A stretch of 64,000 nucleotides of DNA from Bacteroidota bacterium (GTDB lineage Bacteria; Bacteroidota; Bacteroidia; NS11-12g; UBA955), in NCBI GenBank assembly GCA_027488835.1, contig JAIYAW010000004.1, positions 71,271 to 135,270 on the forward strand, read 5' to 3'. This document shows, one piece after another, positions 10,535-19,958 of the stretch. The notes beneath the pieces were generated by a model. It worked only from the letters and a program-made list of their open reading frames with translations. It had not been told where the DNA came from and made no database searches. Both the position numbers and the translations under genes were made by a program. How positions within the stretch are numbered: position 1 is the stretch's first letter; each line of letters starts with the position of its first letter.

Positions 10535-11407
10535 TTATTTCCTAGGATGAAGTTGATGAATTTTCTTCAACTTTTCAAATGAGTTTTTGGTATAAACTTG
10601 TGTGGCCGATAAATTGGCATGACCCAATATATCTTTTATGGCCATCAGGTTTGCTCCATTGTTCAACATATGTGTTGCAAATGAGTGTCGCAATACATGC
10701 GGACTTGTTTTAGAAGCATGTGAAAAGAGTTTTAAATACTTGTTTACAAGTCGGTAAACAAAAACTGGATATAGAGGTTCTCCAGATTCTAAGGTGAATA
10801 AAAAGCCCCTTTCTATTTTAGAAACATATCCTTTTAATAAATCAATGCCCTCATCATGGAGTGGAATTAATCTTACTTTGTTTCTTTTTCCCAAAACCCT
10901 TAACGTATTCCGCGATAAATCCACATCGCTGTTTTTGAGTCCAACCAATTCCGATAAACGCATTCCAGAGGTATAAAATAGCAGTAAGAGTAATCTATCT
11001 CTTTCGCCATGTTGCACTTCGTTCCAAGGAAACCGTTCAAACATGTTTTTTAGGTCTTCTGCGGGAATATCTTTGACCAGGTGTTTTGGTGTTTTAGGGA
11101 CAGATATTTTGATTAAGGGGTCATGGTCAATCACACCATCTTTTCGTAGGTGTTTCACCAGTGCTCTCAGGCTTGATATTTTCCTATGGATACTTCTTGG
11201 TGCAATATTGTGTTGTATCATGTCCGACATCCAAGCCCTTACATGCATTGCTTTGAGTTGATTGATGCTTGGATTGCCAATTGACATTAGGAATGCCACA
11301 AACTGCTCTAAATCGCCTCTGTATGCAACAGTTGTATGGATGCTCATCCTTTTATTCTTCTCAATGTAAAAGATAAAGTCATCTATATGTTGTTGCCACG
11401 GCGTCAT
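10535..11407 (-). CDS. xerD: site-specific tyrosine recombinase (XerD-like), the conserved chromosomal copy downstream of rpsU
   Basis: 290 aa. Phage-integrase catalytic box ...HVLRHSFATHMLNNGANLMAIKDILGHANLSATQVYT.... No flanking mobile-element hallmarks. Confidence 0.8.
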   Translation of the reverse strand: MTPWQQHIDDFIFYIEKNKRMSIHTTVAYRGDLEQFVAFLMSIGNPSINQLKAMHVRAWMSDMIQHNIAPRSIHRKISSLRALVKHLRKDGVIDHDPLIKISVPKTPKHLVKDIPAEDLKNMFERFPWNEVQHGERDRLLLLLFYTSGMRLSELVGLKNSDVDLSRNTLRVLGKRNKVRLIPLHDEGIDLLKGYVSKIERGFLFTLESGEPLYPVFVYRLVNKYLKLFSHASKTSPHVLRHSFATHMLNNGANLMAIKDILGHANLSATQVYTKNSFEKLKKIHQLHPRK

Positions 11408-11459
11408 AATACGAAGATAATGGAATTAAGGTACAGAATTTTTGTGTAATTTGGATAAA

Positions 11460-11490
11460 CAAAAAAAGCCGCTTAAAAGCGGCTTTGAAT
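11460..11490 (-). terminator. rho-independent terminator downstream of rpsU
   Basis: On the minus strand the sequence reads AAAGCCGCTTTTAAGCGGCTTTTTTT: a GC stem followed by a T-run. Confidence 0.55.
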
Positions 11491-11508
11491 ATATTTTGAG
11501 CGGAAGGA

Positions 11509-11706
11509 TTATCCTTCTACCTCTTGAGTTTGCATCTTAAGTTTGTAAGCCGCACGAATTTTTTGCATACGTTTGGTAATGCAAGGTTTTTCAAAGGCTT
11601 GACGAGAACGTAATTCTTTAACTACGCCAGTTTTTTCAAATTTCTTTTTGAATTTCTTAAGTGCTTTTTCTAGAGAATCGCTTTCTTTTACGTTTATTAT
11701 AAGCAT
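11509..11706 (-). CDS. rpsU: 30S ribosomal protein S21
   Basis: 65 aa, MLIINVKESDSLEKALKKFKKKFEKTGVVKELRSRQAFEKP..., a clear match to S21. Confidence 0.9.
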   Translation of the reverse strand: MLIINVKESDSLEKALKKFKKKFEKTGVVKELRSRQAFEKPCITKRMQKIRAAYKLKMQTQEVEG

Positions 11707-11774
11707 GCTATTGTGTTTTTATTTGTTATTAGGGTTGCAAAGATAATAAAAAACTCTTTTTTAAACAAATGTTA

Positions 11775-12917
11775 TTAATCTTTTAAAATTTGTCTTGAAA
11801 TCACGAGTTTTTGAATTTCACTGGTGCCTTCACCAATGGTGCATAACTTACAGTCGCGATAGAATTTTTCTACAGGGAAATCTTTCGTATAACCATAACC
11901 TCCAAAAATTTGGACAGCCTCATTGGCAACTCTTACGCAAACTTCGCTAGCATAATATTTTGCCATCGCGCCTACTTTGGTTACGCTTTTGCCATTGTTT
12001 TTCAAATGTGCACTTTCTTGTATAAGTAATTCAGCCGCTTCAATTTGCGTAGCCATATCTGCAAGTTTGAATCCTATTGCTTGGAATTGTGAAATAGGTT
12101 GACCAAATTGTTCACGTTCTTTCGAGTATTTCAGAGCAGCTTCGTAAGCTCCTTTGGCAATACCCAAACTCAAAGCAGCAATAGAAATTCTACCACCATC
12201 TAACACTTTCATTGCCTGGATAAATCCATCACCTACATTTCCCAAAACATTTTCTTCAGGAATTCGGCAATCTTCAAAAATCATTTCGGCAGTTTCGGAA
12301 GCACGCATTCCCAATTTATTTTCTTTTTTACCGCCTTTAAAGCCTGGTGTTCCTCTTTCAACTACGAAAGCAGTGATTCCATGCGAGTCTAAAAGTTCGC
12401 CCGTTCTAGCCAATACTACGGCAATATCGCCGGTAATGCCATGGGTAATCCAATTCTTTGAACCATTTAACACCCACTCGTTGCCATCTTTCTTGGCAAC
12501 ACACTTCATGCGCAATGCATCTGATCCTGTATTTGCTTCGGTTAAACCCCACGCTCCAATCCATTCGGCAGTAGCTAATTTTGGCAACCATCTTTTCTTT
12601 TGGTCGTCGTTTGCAAATTGCAAAATATGACCGGTGCATAAACTGTTGTGTGCAGCCATACTTAATCCAATACTTCCGCAAACTTTTGATAATTCGTCAA
12701 TAGCCGCATAATATTCTAAATATCCAAATCCGGAACCATTATATTCTTCAGGAACCAAAACACCCATTAATCCAAGTTTTCCAAGTTCTTTAAAAACATG
12801 GACTGGGAATGTTTGTGATTCATCCCACTCCATCAAATGGGGTCTAACATTTCTCTCAGCAAAATCGCGTACCATTTGACGCACCATTTGCACACTTTCG
12901 TTTTCTTGGAAATTCAT
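11775..12917 (-). CDS. acyl-CoA dehydrogenase
   Basis: 380 aa. ACAD motifs (...[18 protein letters not shown]..., ...[22 protein letters not shown]...). ATG start. Confidence 0.9.
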   Translation of the reverse strand: MNFQENESVQMVRQMVRDFAERNVRPHLMEWDESQTFPVHVFKELGKLGLMGVLVPEEYNGSGFGYLEYYAAIDELSKVCGSIGLSMAAHNSLCTGHILQFANDDQKKRWLPKLATAEWIGAWGLTEANTGSDALRMKCVAKKDGNEWVLNGSKNWITHGITGDIAVVLARTGELLDSHGITAFVVERGTPGFKGGKKENKLGMRASETAEMIFEDCRIPEENVLGNVGDGFIQAMKVLDGGRISIAALSLGIAKGAYEAALKYSKEREQFGQPISQFQAIGFKLADMATQIEAAELLIQESAHLKNNGKSVTKVGAMAKYYASEVCVRVANEAVQIFGGYGYTKDFPVEKFYRDCKLCTIGEGTSEIQKLVISRQILKD

Positions 12918-12992
12918 AATTTGCCTTACAAAATTAACGAAATTTTTTGCAGTGAAACTACCAATTACAAAAAATATTTTTAGAATAAATGA

Positions 12993-13754
12993 TTAACGAA
13001 AAATCAAATATGGTGTCAGTTTAAGACTTGTTTCGCTTGACATTCCTGAAATTTCTTTGAACTTATTTATTGTTAAGGGAAAGTGAGCATTTTTATAGGC
13101 CCAAATTATTTTAGCCAAGTCTTTTCCGATATATGGATGTTTATACAAAGTGGCTATTTCACAGTGGTTAATTTCTATTTTATTTAAAGCAGATAAATCA
13201 ATTTTAAAAGTAATGTTGCTGTTTAGCAATATTGAACTATCAAAGTACTTTATTTCTAACAATTGGAATTTGTTGATATACCCGCCGAGTCGATCGCGGT
13301 AACGAATGATTCTTCGTGCAGTTTTTCCACCTATGCCAGGAAGCGATTCAAATTCAGTACTATCCGCCCGATTGAGATCAATGGTATATTTTTCAGCTTT
13401 GGCTTTTGAGGCTGCATCAACTAGCACATGCAGAATGACGGCACTGTCTAAGCTCGTTTTTGCGCAAAGTTCGCTCAATGAACCTATGTTTGGGTTGTGG
13501 TGAATGGCTTTCAAAATTTTTAATGCCACACTCGGGTAAATACCGTATTCTTTTCTTTTGAAATTGGAGTAATTGTAATTTTTTGATCTTACAAAAAGAA
13601 GAGAATCTTGTTTCGCATCAACCAAAATATTCTTGGCATAAACAGTTTGCCAATAATTGATTTGAAGTATCAGTAAAATGAAACTTCCAAAAAGGGATGT
13701 CCCTACAAATGCAGGTTTGCGAAAAAAGGAAATGCGTTGGGAATGGTGAACCAT
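12993..13754 (-). CDS. ComEA-like helix-hairpin-helix DNA-binding protein
   Basis: 253 aa. N-terminal membrane anchor and two HhH motifs (LPGIGGKTARRII; a second degenerate HhH). Confidence 0.6.
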   Translation of the reverse strand: MVHHSQRISFFRKPAFVGTSLFGSFILLILQINYWQTVYAKNILVDAKQDSLLFVRSKNYNYSNFKRKEYGIYPSVALKILKAIHHNPNIGSLSELCAKTSLDSAVILHVLVDAASKAKAEKYTIDLNRADSTEFESLPGIGGKTARRIIRYRDRLGGYINKFQLLEIKYFDSSILLNSNITFKIDLSALNKIEINHCEIATLYKHPYIGKDLAKIIWAYKNAHFPLTINKFKEISGMSSETSLKLTPYLIFR

Positions 13755-13763
13755 TCCGTAAAA

Positions 13764-15011
13764 TTATGAAACAGATGCGAGTGTTTCTTTGCGATATTCG
13801 CCAGAATCCAATTTGCTTTTCACAGATTTAAACGCGTTAATTGTGATTTGTACATCTTCTAATGTATGAACAGCGGTAGGAATCAAACGAAGCATGATTA
13901 CTCCCTTTGGTACAACAGGATAAACAACAATGCTACAGAAGATATTGTAGTTTTCCCTTAAATCATAAGTCATGTGGGTGGCCTCAGGAATTGTTCCGTT
14001 TAACAAAACAGGGGTAACCGGGGTAGTGGTAATTCCAATGTTAAAACCAGCATCTTTTAATCCGCCCTGTAATGCGTGAACAATTTTCCAAAGATTTTCT
14101 TTATGTTCAGGCTGTGTGCGCATCATTTCTAGGCGTTTGATAGAACCAACAACCATAGGCATTGGCAATGCTTTTGCATAAATTTGAGAACGCATGTTAT
14201 AACGTAAGAACTTAATTACATTCGGTTCAGATCCAATAAATGCACCAATTCCTGCCATAGATTTGGCAAAAGTTGAGAAGTAAACATCAATGCCATCTTG
14301 GCAGCCTTGCTCTTCGCCAGTTCCCGCACCGGTTTTGCCCATAGTGCCAAACCCGTGGGCATCATCAACAAACAAACGGAAATTATACTTTTCTTTGAGT
14401 GCAACTATTTCTTTCAATTTGCCTTGAGAACCACTCATGCCAAAAACACCTTCAGTAATAACCATTACGCCACCACCAGTTTCTTCAGCCAATTTTGTTG
14501 CCCTAACCAATTGTTTTTCGCAATCTTCAACATTGTTATGTTTGTAAACAAACCTTTTTCCAAGGTGTAATCTAAGTCCATCAATAATACAAGCATGCGC
14601 TTCAGCATCATAAACCACCACGTCGTGTCGGTCTAACAATGCATCGATTGCGCTAACAACTCCTTGGTAACCAAAATTTAGAAGAATTACATCTGGTTTT
14701 TCAATAAAACTAGCTAAGTCACTTTCTAATTGTTCGTGATAATTGCTATTTCCGCTCATCATTCTGGCACCCATTGGGTATGCCATGCCAAATTGAGTTG
14801 CAGCATCCGAATCAGCCTTCATCACATCGGGGTGATTTGCAAGTCCTAAATAATTATTCAAACTCCAGTTCAACTTTTCAACACCCCTAAAATTCATCCT
14901 GGGGCCAATTTGTCCCTCAAGTTTAGGAAAAGTAAAATAACCATGCGCATCATCTGCGTGCATGCCCAATGGGCCCATTTTGTCGTATAGTTTGTCGAAA
15001 ATATCTTTCAT
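13764..15011 (-). CDS. alpha-oxoamine synthase family PLP-dependent acyltransferase (SPT / Kbl / BioF-like)
   Basis: 415 aa with class-II aminotransferase architecture. PLP-lysine region FSTFAKSMAGIGAFIGS. Its length and motifs resemble serine palmitoyltransferase and 8-amino-7-oxononanoate synthase. Confidence 0.75.
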   Translation of the reverse strand: MKDIFDKLYDKMGPLGMHADDAHGYFTFPKLEGQIGPRMNFRGVEKLNWSLNNYLGLANHPDVMKADSDAATQFGMAYPMGARMMSGNSNYHEQLESDLASFIEKPDVILLNFGYQGVVSAIDALLDRHDVVVYDAEAHACIIDGLRLHLGKRFVYKHNNVEDCEKQLVRATKLAEETGGGVMVITEGVFGMSGSQGKLKEIVALKEKYNFRLFVDDAHGFGTMGKTGAGTGEEQGCQDGIDVYFSTFAKSMAGIGAFIGSEPNVIKFLRYNMRSQIYAKALPMPMVVGSIKRLEMMRTQPEHKENLWKIVHALQGGLKDAGFNIGITTTPVTPVLLNGTIPEATHMTYDLRENYNIFCSIVVYPVVPKGVIMLRLIPTAVHTLEDVQITINAFKSVKSKLDSGEYRKETLASVS

Positions 15012-15080
15012 CTGAAGTGAACGTTAATCAAAAGTTATTAATATGCAAATTTATTTGTTTTCTGGAAAAAATGAAAAAGC

Positions 15081-15791
15081 TTATTTACCAATTATGAACA
15101 CACAAGGTACTTTGCCAATTTCTGGTACACTATTTCTCCAATCAGTGATAGTTTTTGTTACAATTGTTTGGTTTTCACCGTGTAAATCGTATCCAATACA
15201 GAGTTTATAATCTTGAGGGATATTTTTAATAAACCATTGCACCAATCTATCTGTTCTATAAGGCGTTTCAATGAAAATATGGGACGGTGTTCTTTTTTCA
15301 TTCGGGATCAAAGTTTTCGACCAGTTTTTCAATTCATCATCTTTCAACGGTGCATAACCATGAAATGTAAATGATTGTCCATTAAGTCCACTTGCTGCCA
15401 AAGTTAATATCAAACTACTAGGCCCAATTAGCGGAGAAACGGTTAATTTACGCTTGTGTGCCCATTCAACAATTTTGTTTCCTGGATCGGCAATGCAGGG
15501 CATACCTGCTTCACTACAAACACCAATTTTGCTCTGTTTTAAATTTTCATTTAGAAAAGCTTCTATCTCTTGTTGCTTTGTGTCGCGCGTTAATTCTAAA
15601 ATGTCTAAATTAGGAATATTAATTCCTATTTGTAAACTGCTGATAAATCGACGCAATGTTCTTGCATTTTCTGCAACCCAACAGGTTATTGTTGATAATT
15701 CATGACGATAATAGGCGGTATCCATTTGTTCCCAGCTTTTTTCGCCAATTGGCAAAGGCAATAATACTATTTCACAACTTGTTTTTTGCAT
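15081..15791 (-). CDS. SAM-dependent methyltransferase, tetrapyrrole-methylase fold (RsmI-like)
   Basis: Motifs ...GVCSEAGMPCIADPGNKIVEWA...LTVSPLIGPSSLILTLAASGL.... The ORF track starts at GTG 15827. The first ATG at 15791 gives MQKTSCEIVLLPLPIGE, which is RsmI-like. Confidence 0.65.
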   Translation of the reverse strand: MQKTSCEIVLLPLPIGEKSWEQMDTAYYRHELSTITCWVAENARTLRRFISSLQIGINIPNLDILELTRDTKQQEIEAFLNENLKQSKIGVCSEAGMPCIADPGNKIVEWAHKRKLTVSPLIGPSSLILTLAASGLNGQSFTFHGYAPLKDDELKNWSKTLIPNEKRTPSHIFIETPYRTDRLVQWFIKNIPQDYKLCIGYDLHGENQTIVTKTITDWRNSVPEIGKVPCVFIIGK

Positions 15792-15870
15792 TGGGGCAAA
15801 ACTCGTAAAATAAATTCGATTTCCCACCTAATTTCTTTATTCCAACGCTTTTTAATAGTAATTTCGCAAT

Positions 15871-16158
15871 GTGAATTTTTTACGCTCGCTTCAGAATCGA
15901 TGGAAGGTTGATTCAATTGGAAAAGTAGTTTTGATTTTATTGGTCTTTTGTTTAACTGGAACGACTGTTGTTTATCTCAAAAAGTATGTAAAACCATATC
16001 TTGGCGATGAATGGTACATTGATTTTGTTTATTACATCCTTATTTTGCCGTTTTACAACATCATTTTGTTGGTCTACGGTTTTTTATTGGGACAAGGACG
16101 ATATTTTTTGAACTTTGAAAAGCGTTTCTTTTCGAGAATTTTTAAACGTAAAAGTTAA
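15871..16158 (+). CDS. hypothetical small membrane protein
   Basis: 95 aa with two predicted transmembrane segments. GTG start. No recognisable domain. Confidence 0.3.
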   Translation: MNFLRSLQNRWKVDSIGKVVLILLVFCLTGTTVVYLKKYVKPYLGDEWYIDFVYYILILPFYNIILLVYGFLLGQGRYFLNFEKRFFSRIFKRKS

Positions 16159-16164
16159 CCATCG

Positions 16165-17214
16165 ATGCTGAATAAGGAAAATGTTTTAAAAGCATTGGCT
16201 AATGTTGAAGATCCGGATTTAAAGAAGGACCTGGTGACATTGGGTATGATTGAGAAGTTAGACATCAATGATAAACTTGTTTCTTTTGATTTGATTTTAA
16301 CAACTCCCGCTTGTCCTATGAAGGACATGTTGGTGAATGCCTGTAAAACGGCCATTAAGTACATGGTTGATAAAGATGCTGAGGTAAACATAAGGGTTGA
16401 TAGTCGTGTGCAACAAAATGCACGTACCGATAATGCACTGCCAGGGGTTAAGCACGTGATTGCCGTAGCTTCTGGAAAAGGCGGGGTAGGTAAAAGTACT
16501 TTATCTGCAACTTTGGCTTTGAGTTTGTCACATTTGGGAGCAAAAGTTGGATTGCTTGATGCCGATATTTATGGTCCAAGTCTTCCCACATTGTTCAATG
16601 TGCATGAGTCCCCCGAAATGATTGAAGTTGACGGGAAGCAGCGCATGATTCCTGTTGAATCACATGGTTTGAAATTACTCAGCATTGGATTTATGACAGC
16701 ACCGGGGCAAGCAGTTGTTTGGCGTGGTCCTATGATTTCCAGTGCATTTAAGCAGTTTATACACGATGTTGAATGGGGTGAATTGGATTATTTAATTGTT
16801 GATTTGCCTCCGGGAACTGGTGATGTACAGATCACATTGGCACAGCAAGCACCATTAACTGGGGTAGTGGTTGTAACAACGCCTCAAGAAATGGCATTAA
16901 CCGATGCGCGAAGGGCAATTGATATGTTTTCGTTGGATGCAATTAAAAAGCCAATAATAGGTGTTGTTGAAAATATGAGTTACTTCATTCCCGAAGATGC
17001 GCCAGACAAAAAATATTATGTTTTCGGAAATGGCGGGGGACATAAATTGGCTGAGGAATACAATTTGCCATTCCTGGGAGAATTGCCTTTAAATCCTGCT
17101 ATTGGTGCAAATGCGGATTCAGGGAAATGGGATTTTGCCCACGAAAACATGTTGCCATATATTGCAGTTTCTCAAGAAATTGCAAGAAATGTAAGCATGA
17201 TGGTAGCCAAGTGA
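16165..17214 (+). CDS. apbC: Mrp/ApbC/NBP35 family Fe-S cluster carrier ATPase with N-terminal DUF59
   Basis: 349 aa. Deviant Walker A VIAVASGKGGVGKST. CxxC-like cluster ligands. N-terminal MIP18/DUF59 region. Confidence 0.9.
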   Translation: MLNKENVLKALANVEDPDLKKDLVTLGMIEKLDINDKLVSFDLILTTPACPMKDMLVNACKTAIKYMVDKDAEVNIRVDSRVQQNARTDNALPGVKHVIAVASGKGGVGKSTLSATLALSLSHLGAKVGLLDADIYGPSLPTLFNVHESPEMIEVDGKQRMIPVESHGLKLLSIGFMTAPGQAVVWRGPMISSAFKQFIHDVEWGELDYLIVDLPPGTGDVQITLAQQAPLTGVVVVTTPQEMALTDARRAIDMFSLDAIKKPIIGVVENMSYFIPEDAPDKKYYVFGNGGGHKLAEEYNLPFLGELPLNPAIGANADSGKWDFAHENMLPYIAVSQEIARNVSMMVAK

Positions 17215-17252
17215 ATTTGTCAATCCATTGAAAAATAACTATCTTTGTAACA

Positions 17253-17486
17253 ATGCCATTAACACTTAAAATAGAATCCGTTTTAGACACCATTCGTCCT
17301 TATTTACAAGCCGATGGTGGTGATGTTGAGTTGGTAGAAGTTCTTAGCAATAATGATGTTATTCTGCGTCTTACTGGCGCTTGCAGCAGTTGCTCAATGA
17401 GTGAAATGACCATGACGGCGGGTATTGAAGAGAGCTTGCGCAAGTCTATTCCAGATTTAGGTAAAATTGTCGCAGTTAAAGAATAA
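17253..17486 (+). CDS. NifU-like Fe-S cluster assembly domain protein
   Basis: 77 aa, ...ADGGDVELVEV...LRLTGACSSCSMS..., the C-terminal NifU domain signature. Confidence 0.8.
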   Translation: MPLTLKIESVLDTIRPYLQADGGDVELVEVLSNNDVILRLTGACSSCSMSEMTMTAGIEESLRKSIPDLGKIVAVKE

Positions 17487-18363
17487 ATATTACCAAAATT
17501 TACTTATTCAATTGCTAGGAATACCGCTTCCTGCTGTTGTATTAACAATGATATTGTTGAAAAACAATATTCCTGTTTACGAGGTGTTTCAATCTTATTC
17601 AACCTCTGAAAATGCAAACATTCAGCTTCCAATTTTTGGAGCCATGTTTTTGTTCGCATCTACCCTGATCATTTACGCTTTGGATTTTTTGAGGGACATT
17701 GCTTTTTGGCAAAAATCAGGAATGCAAATCCCAAAATTTGGTAAATTACTTGCGGGTGCTTATGTTATTCTAGGATTTGTTGTCTTTGTGGGTTTGCTTA
17801 TCACCATGATTAAAAATGGGGAATCGAAATTAATTCTCATTGGAGAGGGAATAAAAGGTTTTTTAAATGGCTACACCGCTGCAATCATTGTGCTCATTGG
17901 TGTTTTTGTAATTATTAAAAATTCAAGCCTTAAGTTTATGTCAATCTTGACGCCATGCATTATTGCGCTTGTTGCGGCTATGTCTGTTTTTGCCCCAATT
18001 TATTTGATATCGGATATAGAAGGATTTAAATGGACGAATGATTTTACTCAGCCAATAATATCCTATGTATTGTTGTTTATTGCCAATGTAGTTACTGTTT
18101 CATTTTTTGAAAAGGAAAAAGACGCTGAAGGAAACACACAAAACATTTGGAATACGAATGAAAGTTTGGCAAGAGCTATCATATTTATTGTTCCAACTTT
18201 GATGATTTTATTGCATTGGTTTTTTCACTGGAACATCCACCAGCATTCAATTTTCTTTGTATTTGCCATTTATTTGATCATGTATTATTTTCCTGCTTTC
18301 TTTAAAAAAGCATCTGTGTATAGAATTGTAATTGACTTGGCCTTATTGCTTGTCTGCATTTGA
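17467..18363 (+). CDS. hypothetical polytopic membrane protein
   Basis: 298 aa with about 8 transmembrane segments. TTG start in the ORF track. The first ATG at 17548 is an alternative start. Confidence 0.45.
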   Translation: MSQLKNKYYQNLLIQLLGIPLPAVVLTMILLKNNIPVYEVFQSYSTSENANIQLPIFGAMFLFASTLIIYALDFLRDIAFWQKSGMQIPKFGKLLAGAYVILGFVVFVGLLITMIKNGESKLILIGEGIKGFLNGYTAAIIVLIGVFVIIKNSSLKFMSILTPCIIALVAAMSVFAPIYLISDIEGFKWTNDFTQPIISYVLLFIANVVTVSFFEKEKDAEGNTQNIWNTNESLARAIIFIVPTLMILLHWFFHWNIHQHSIFFVFAIYLIMYYFPAFFKKASVYRIVIDLALLLVCI

Positions 18364-18508
18364 AAAGCTTCTTGTTGCTTCGCTATTGATCGCTTCGCCT
18401 GTTTAAGCCTCGATGTTACCCTTGTTGGTCAGCCTTCGCTGGTTTAAAGCCACTTGGCATTTATGAATTACATACCTAACAACTTTTATAAACTTTTATA
18501 AACCTTTC
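18364..18508 (-). repeat. intergenic modular repeat element, copy 1 (inverted orientation)
   Basis: The reverse complement reads GGGGAATTGAAAGGTTTATAAAAGTTTATAAAAG...TTAAACAGGCGAAGCGATCAATAGCGAAGC. It shares the M1, M2 and M4 modules with the copies at 23293, 56391, 59958 and 63529. The stop codon and last two codons of tdk lie inside it. Confidence 0.7.
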
Positions 18509-19046
18509 AATTCCCCTTCTTCCAATGCTCCAAACACCTTGGTTCATAAATATTGTTATGCCCAACTATGATAAGTTCGTCTGATTTTATATTACGATAA
18601 GTGTAATCTGCTTTTTGATTGCAAACTTGACATTTTGCTGAAACTTGAATGAGGGAAGTTGCAAGCTTCTTTAAAATTGGCATCGGTCCAAAATCATTGT
18701 TTTGATAATCCTTGTCTAATCCAGCGGCAACCACTTTGACGTTGTTGCTTAACAATTCACCAATAACTTCAACAATCATCGGGCCCATGAATTGAATTTC
18801 ATCAATGTAAACTTCTTTAATGTTTTGGTTCATTAACGGATATATTTCTTCGGCTTTGCCAATTCTATGGGCAATCAGTGATAATCCACCATGAGAGTGA
18901 ATTGACTGTGCTGAATAGCGATTATCAATGAGTGGTTTTACTGCCAATTTTTCGTTGATATCTATTTGACTTTCGTTGTAAAGCCCTATTAAACGGGTGG
19001 TTTTCCCCGCAAACATACATCCAAAAATAAGTGTAAAATCTCTCAT
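18507..19046 (-). CDS. tdk: thymidine kinase
   Basis: 179 aa. P-loop GCMFAGKTTRLI. C-terminal zinc ribbon CQVC...EPRCLEHW. Confidence 0.85.
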   Translation of the reverse strand: MRDFTLIFGCMFAGKTTRLIGLYNESQIDINEKLAVKPLIDNRYSAQSIHSHGGLSLIAHRIGKAEEIYPLMNQNIKEVYIDEIQFMGPMIVEVIGELLSNNVKVVAAGLDKDYQNNDFGPMPILKKLATSLIQVSAKCQVCNQKADYTYRNIKSDELIIVGHNNIYEPRCLEHWKKGN

Positions 19047-19097
19047 ATTTAAATTAAAACATCGTTGTAAATTTCCCGAAATTTAAGTAATTAGATC

Positions 19098-19925
19098 ATG
19101 AACTCAAGAATCACTGAAATTCTAGAAAATTTAGCAATATTAAGCCAAGCTTTGCATTCAGACCAAGAAAATGTAAATACAATTGACATTTTGGGCGAAA
19201 TTAAATTGTTGTCGGCACAATTGTATTTGGAATCTGATATGGAAATTATCACTTCTAACAAGCCTGAGGAAGTCCCCGTTTTTGAAGAAGAAGTTATTGA
19301 AAATGATTCAACTGAAGAGTTATTTGATGAAGTTCCGGTTTTTACTTTTGTAAAGAACGAACCTGAAATAGAAGAAATTGCAATAGAAGAGAATCTATCA
19401 ATTGAAAATAATTTTGAAGAAGATTTGCAAATTTCGCAAGAGTTTGAACCTGAAATTCCTGGAGAAACATTGTCTCACATTCAGATTAACCAAACTACTG
19501 TTGAAATTGAAAATATTCCGAGCTTATTTGACGAATTAGAACCTGAATTGTCTTTGGAAGAAGCAGAAGATATTGCTAATGAAGTAATTGCAGAAGAAGT
19601 TATAGTGAATTCCATTGTTGAATCGAAGATGGAATACGAAATCATCATGCCTCCATCTGTTCAAGAAAATATGAAAAAGGCAGAAGCTACTGCCAATGCA
19701 AATGCCATCATTGGTCAATTTTCGTTAACACGTAGATATGAATTTATGAATTTCTTGTTTGCAGGGGATATGAATAAGTTTACTGTATTTGTTTCTGAAA
19801 TGTTAACCGCTCCTGCCGGAGAATTGCGAGAAACAGTTTACGAAAAGTGGTACGACGAAAATCAGTGGAGTAGAAAGTATGAAACTGCTGCCGATTTGAA
19901 AAAGAACTTGAGTAAATTATTATAA
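19098..19925 (+). CDS. hypothetical protein with a highly acidic (E/D-rich) central region
   Basis: 275 aa. Central E-rich low complexity. Conserved-looking C-terminal third (...YEKWYDENQWSRKYETAADLKK). No recognisable domain. Confidence 0.45.
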   Translation: MNSRITEILENLAILSQALHSDQENVNTIDILGEIKLLSAQLYLESDMEIITSNKPEEVPVFEEEVIENDSTEELFDEVPVFTFVKNEPEIEEIAIEENLSIENNFEEDLQISQEFEPEIPGETLSHIQINQTTVEIENIPSLFDELEPELSLEEAEDIANEVIAEEVIVNSIVESKMEYEIIMPPSVQENMKKAEATANANAIIGQFSLTRRYEFMNFLFAGDMNKFTVFVSEMLTAPAGELRETVYEKWYDENQWSRKYETAADLKKNLSKLL

Positions 19926-19958
19926 GCGATTTTTCAGGTTGGAGCATTTGTTCCAATC

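Noticed and set aside
10535-11407. Tyrosine recombinase as evidence of an integrated mobile element
   Set aside because: It sits immediately downstream of rpsU, the conserved chromosomal xerD-like arrangement in Bacteroidota. No attachment repeats, excisionase, or cargo genes are nearby, and it is 36 kb from the tRNA.
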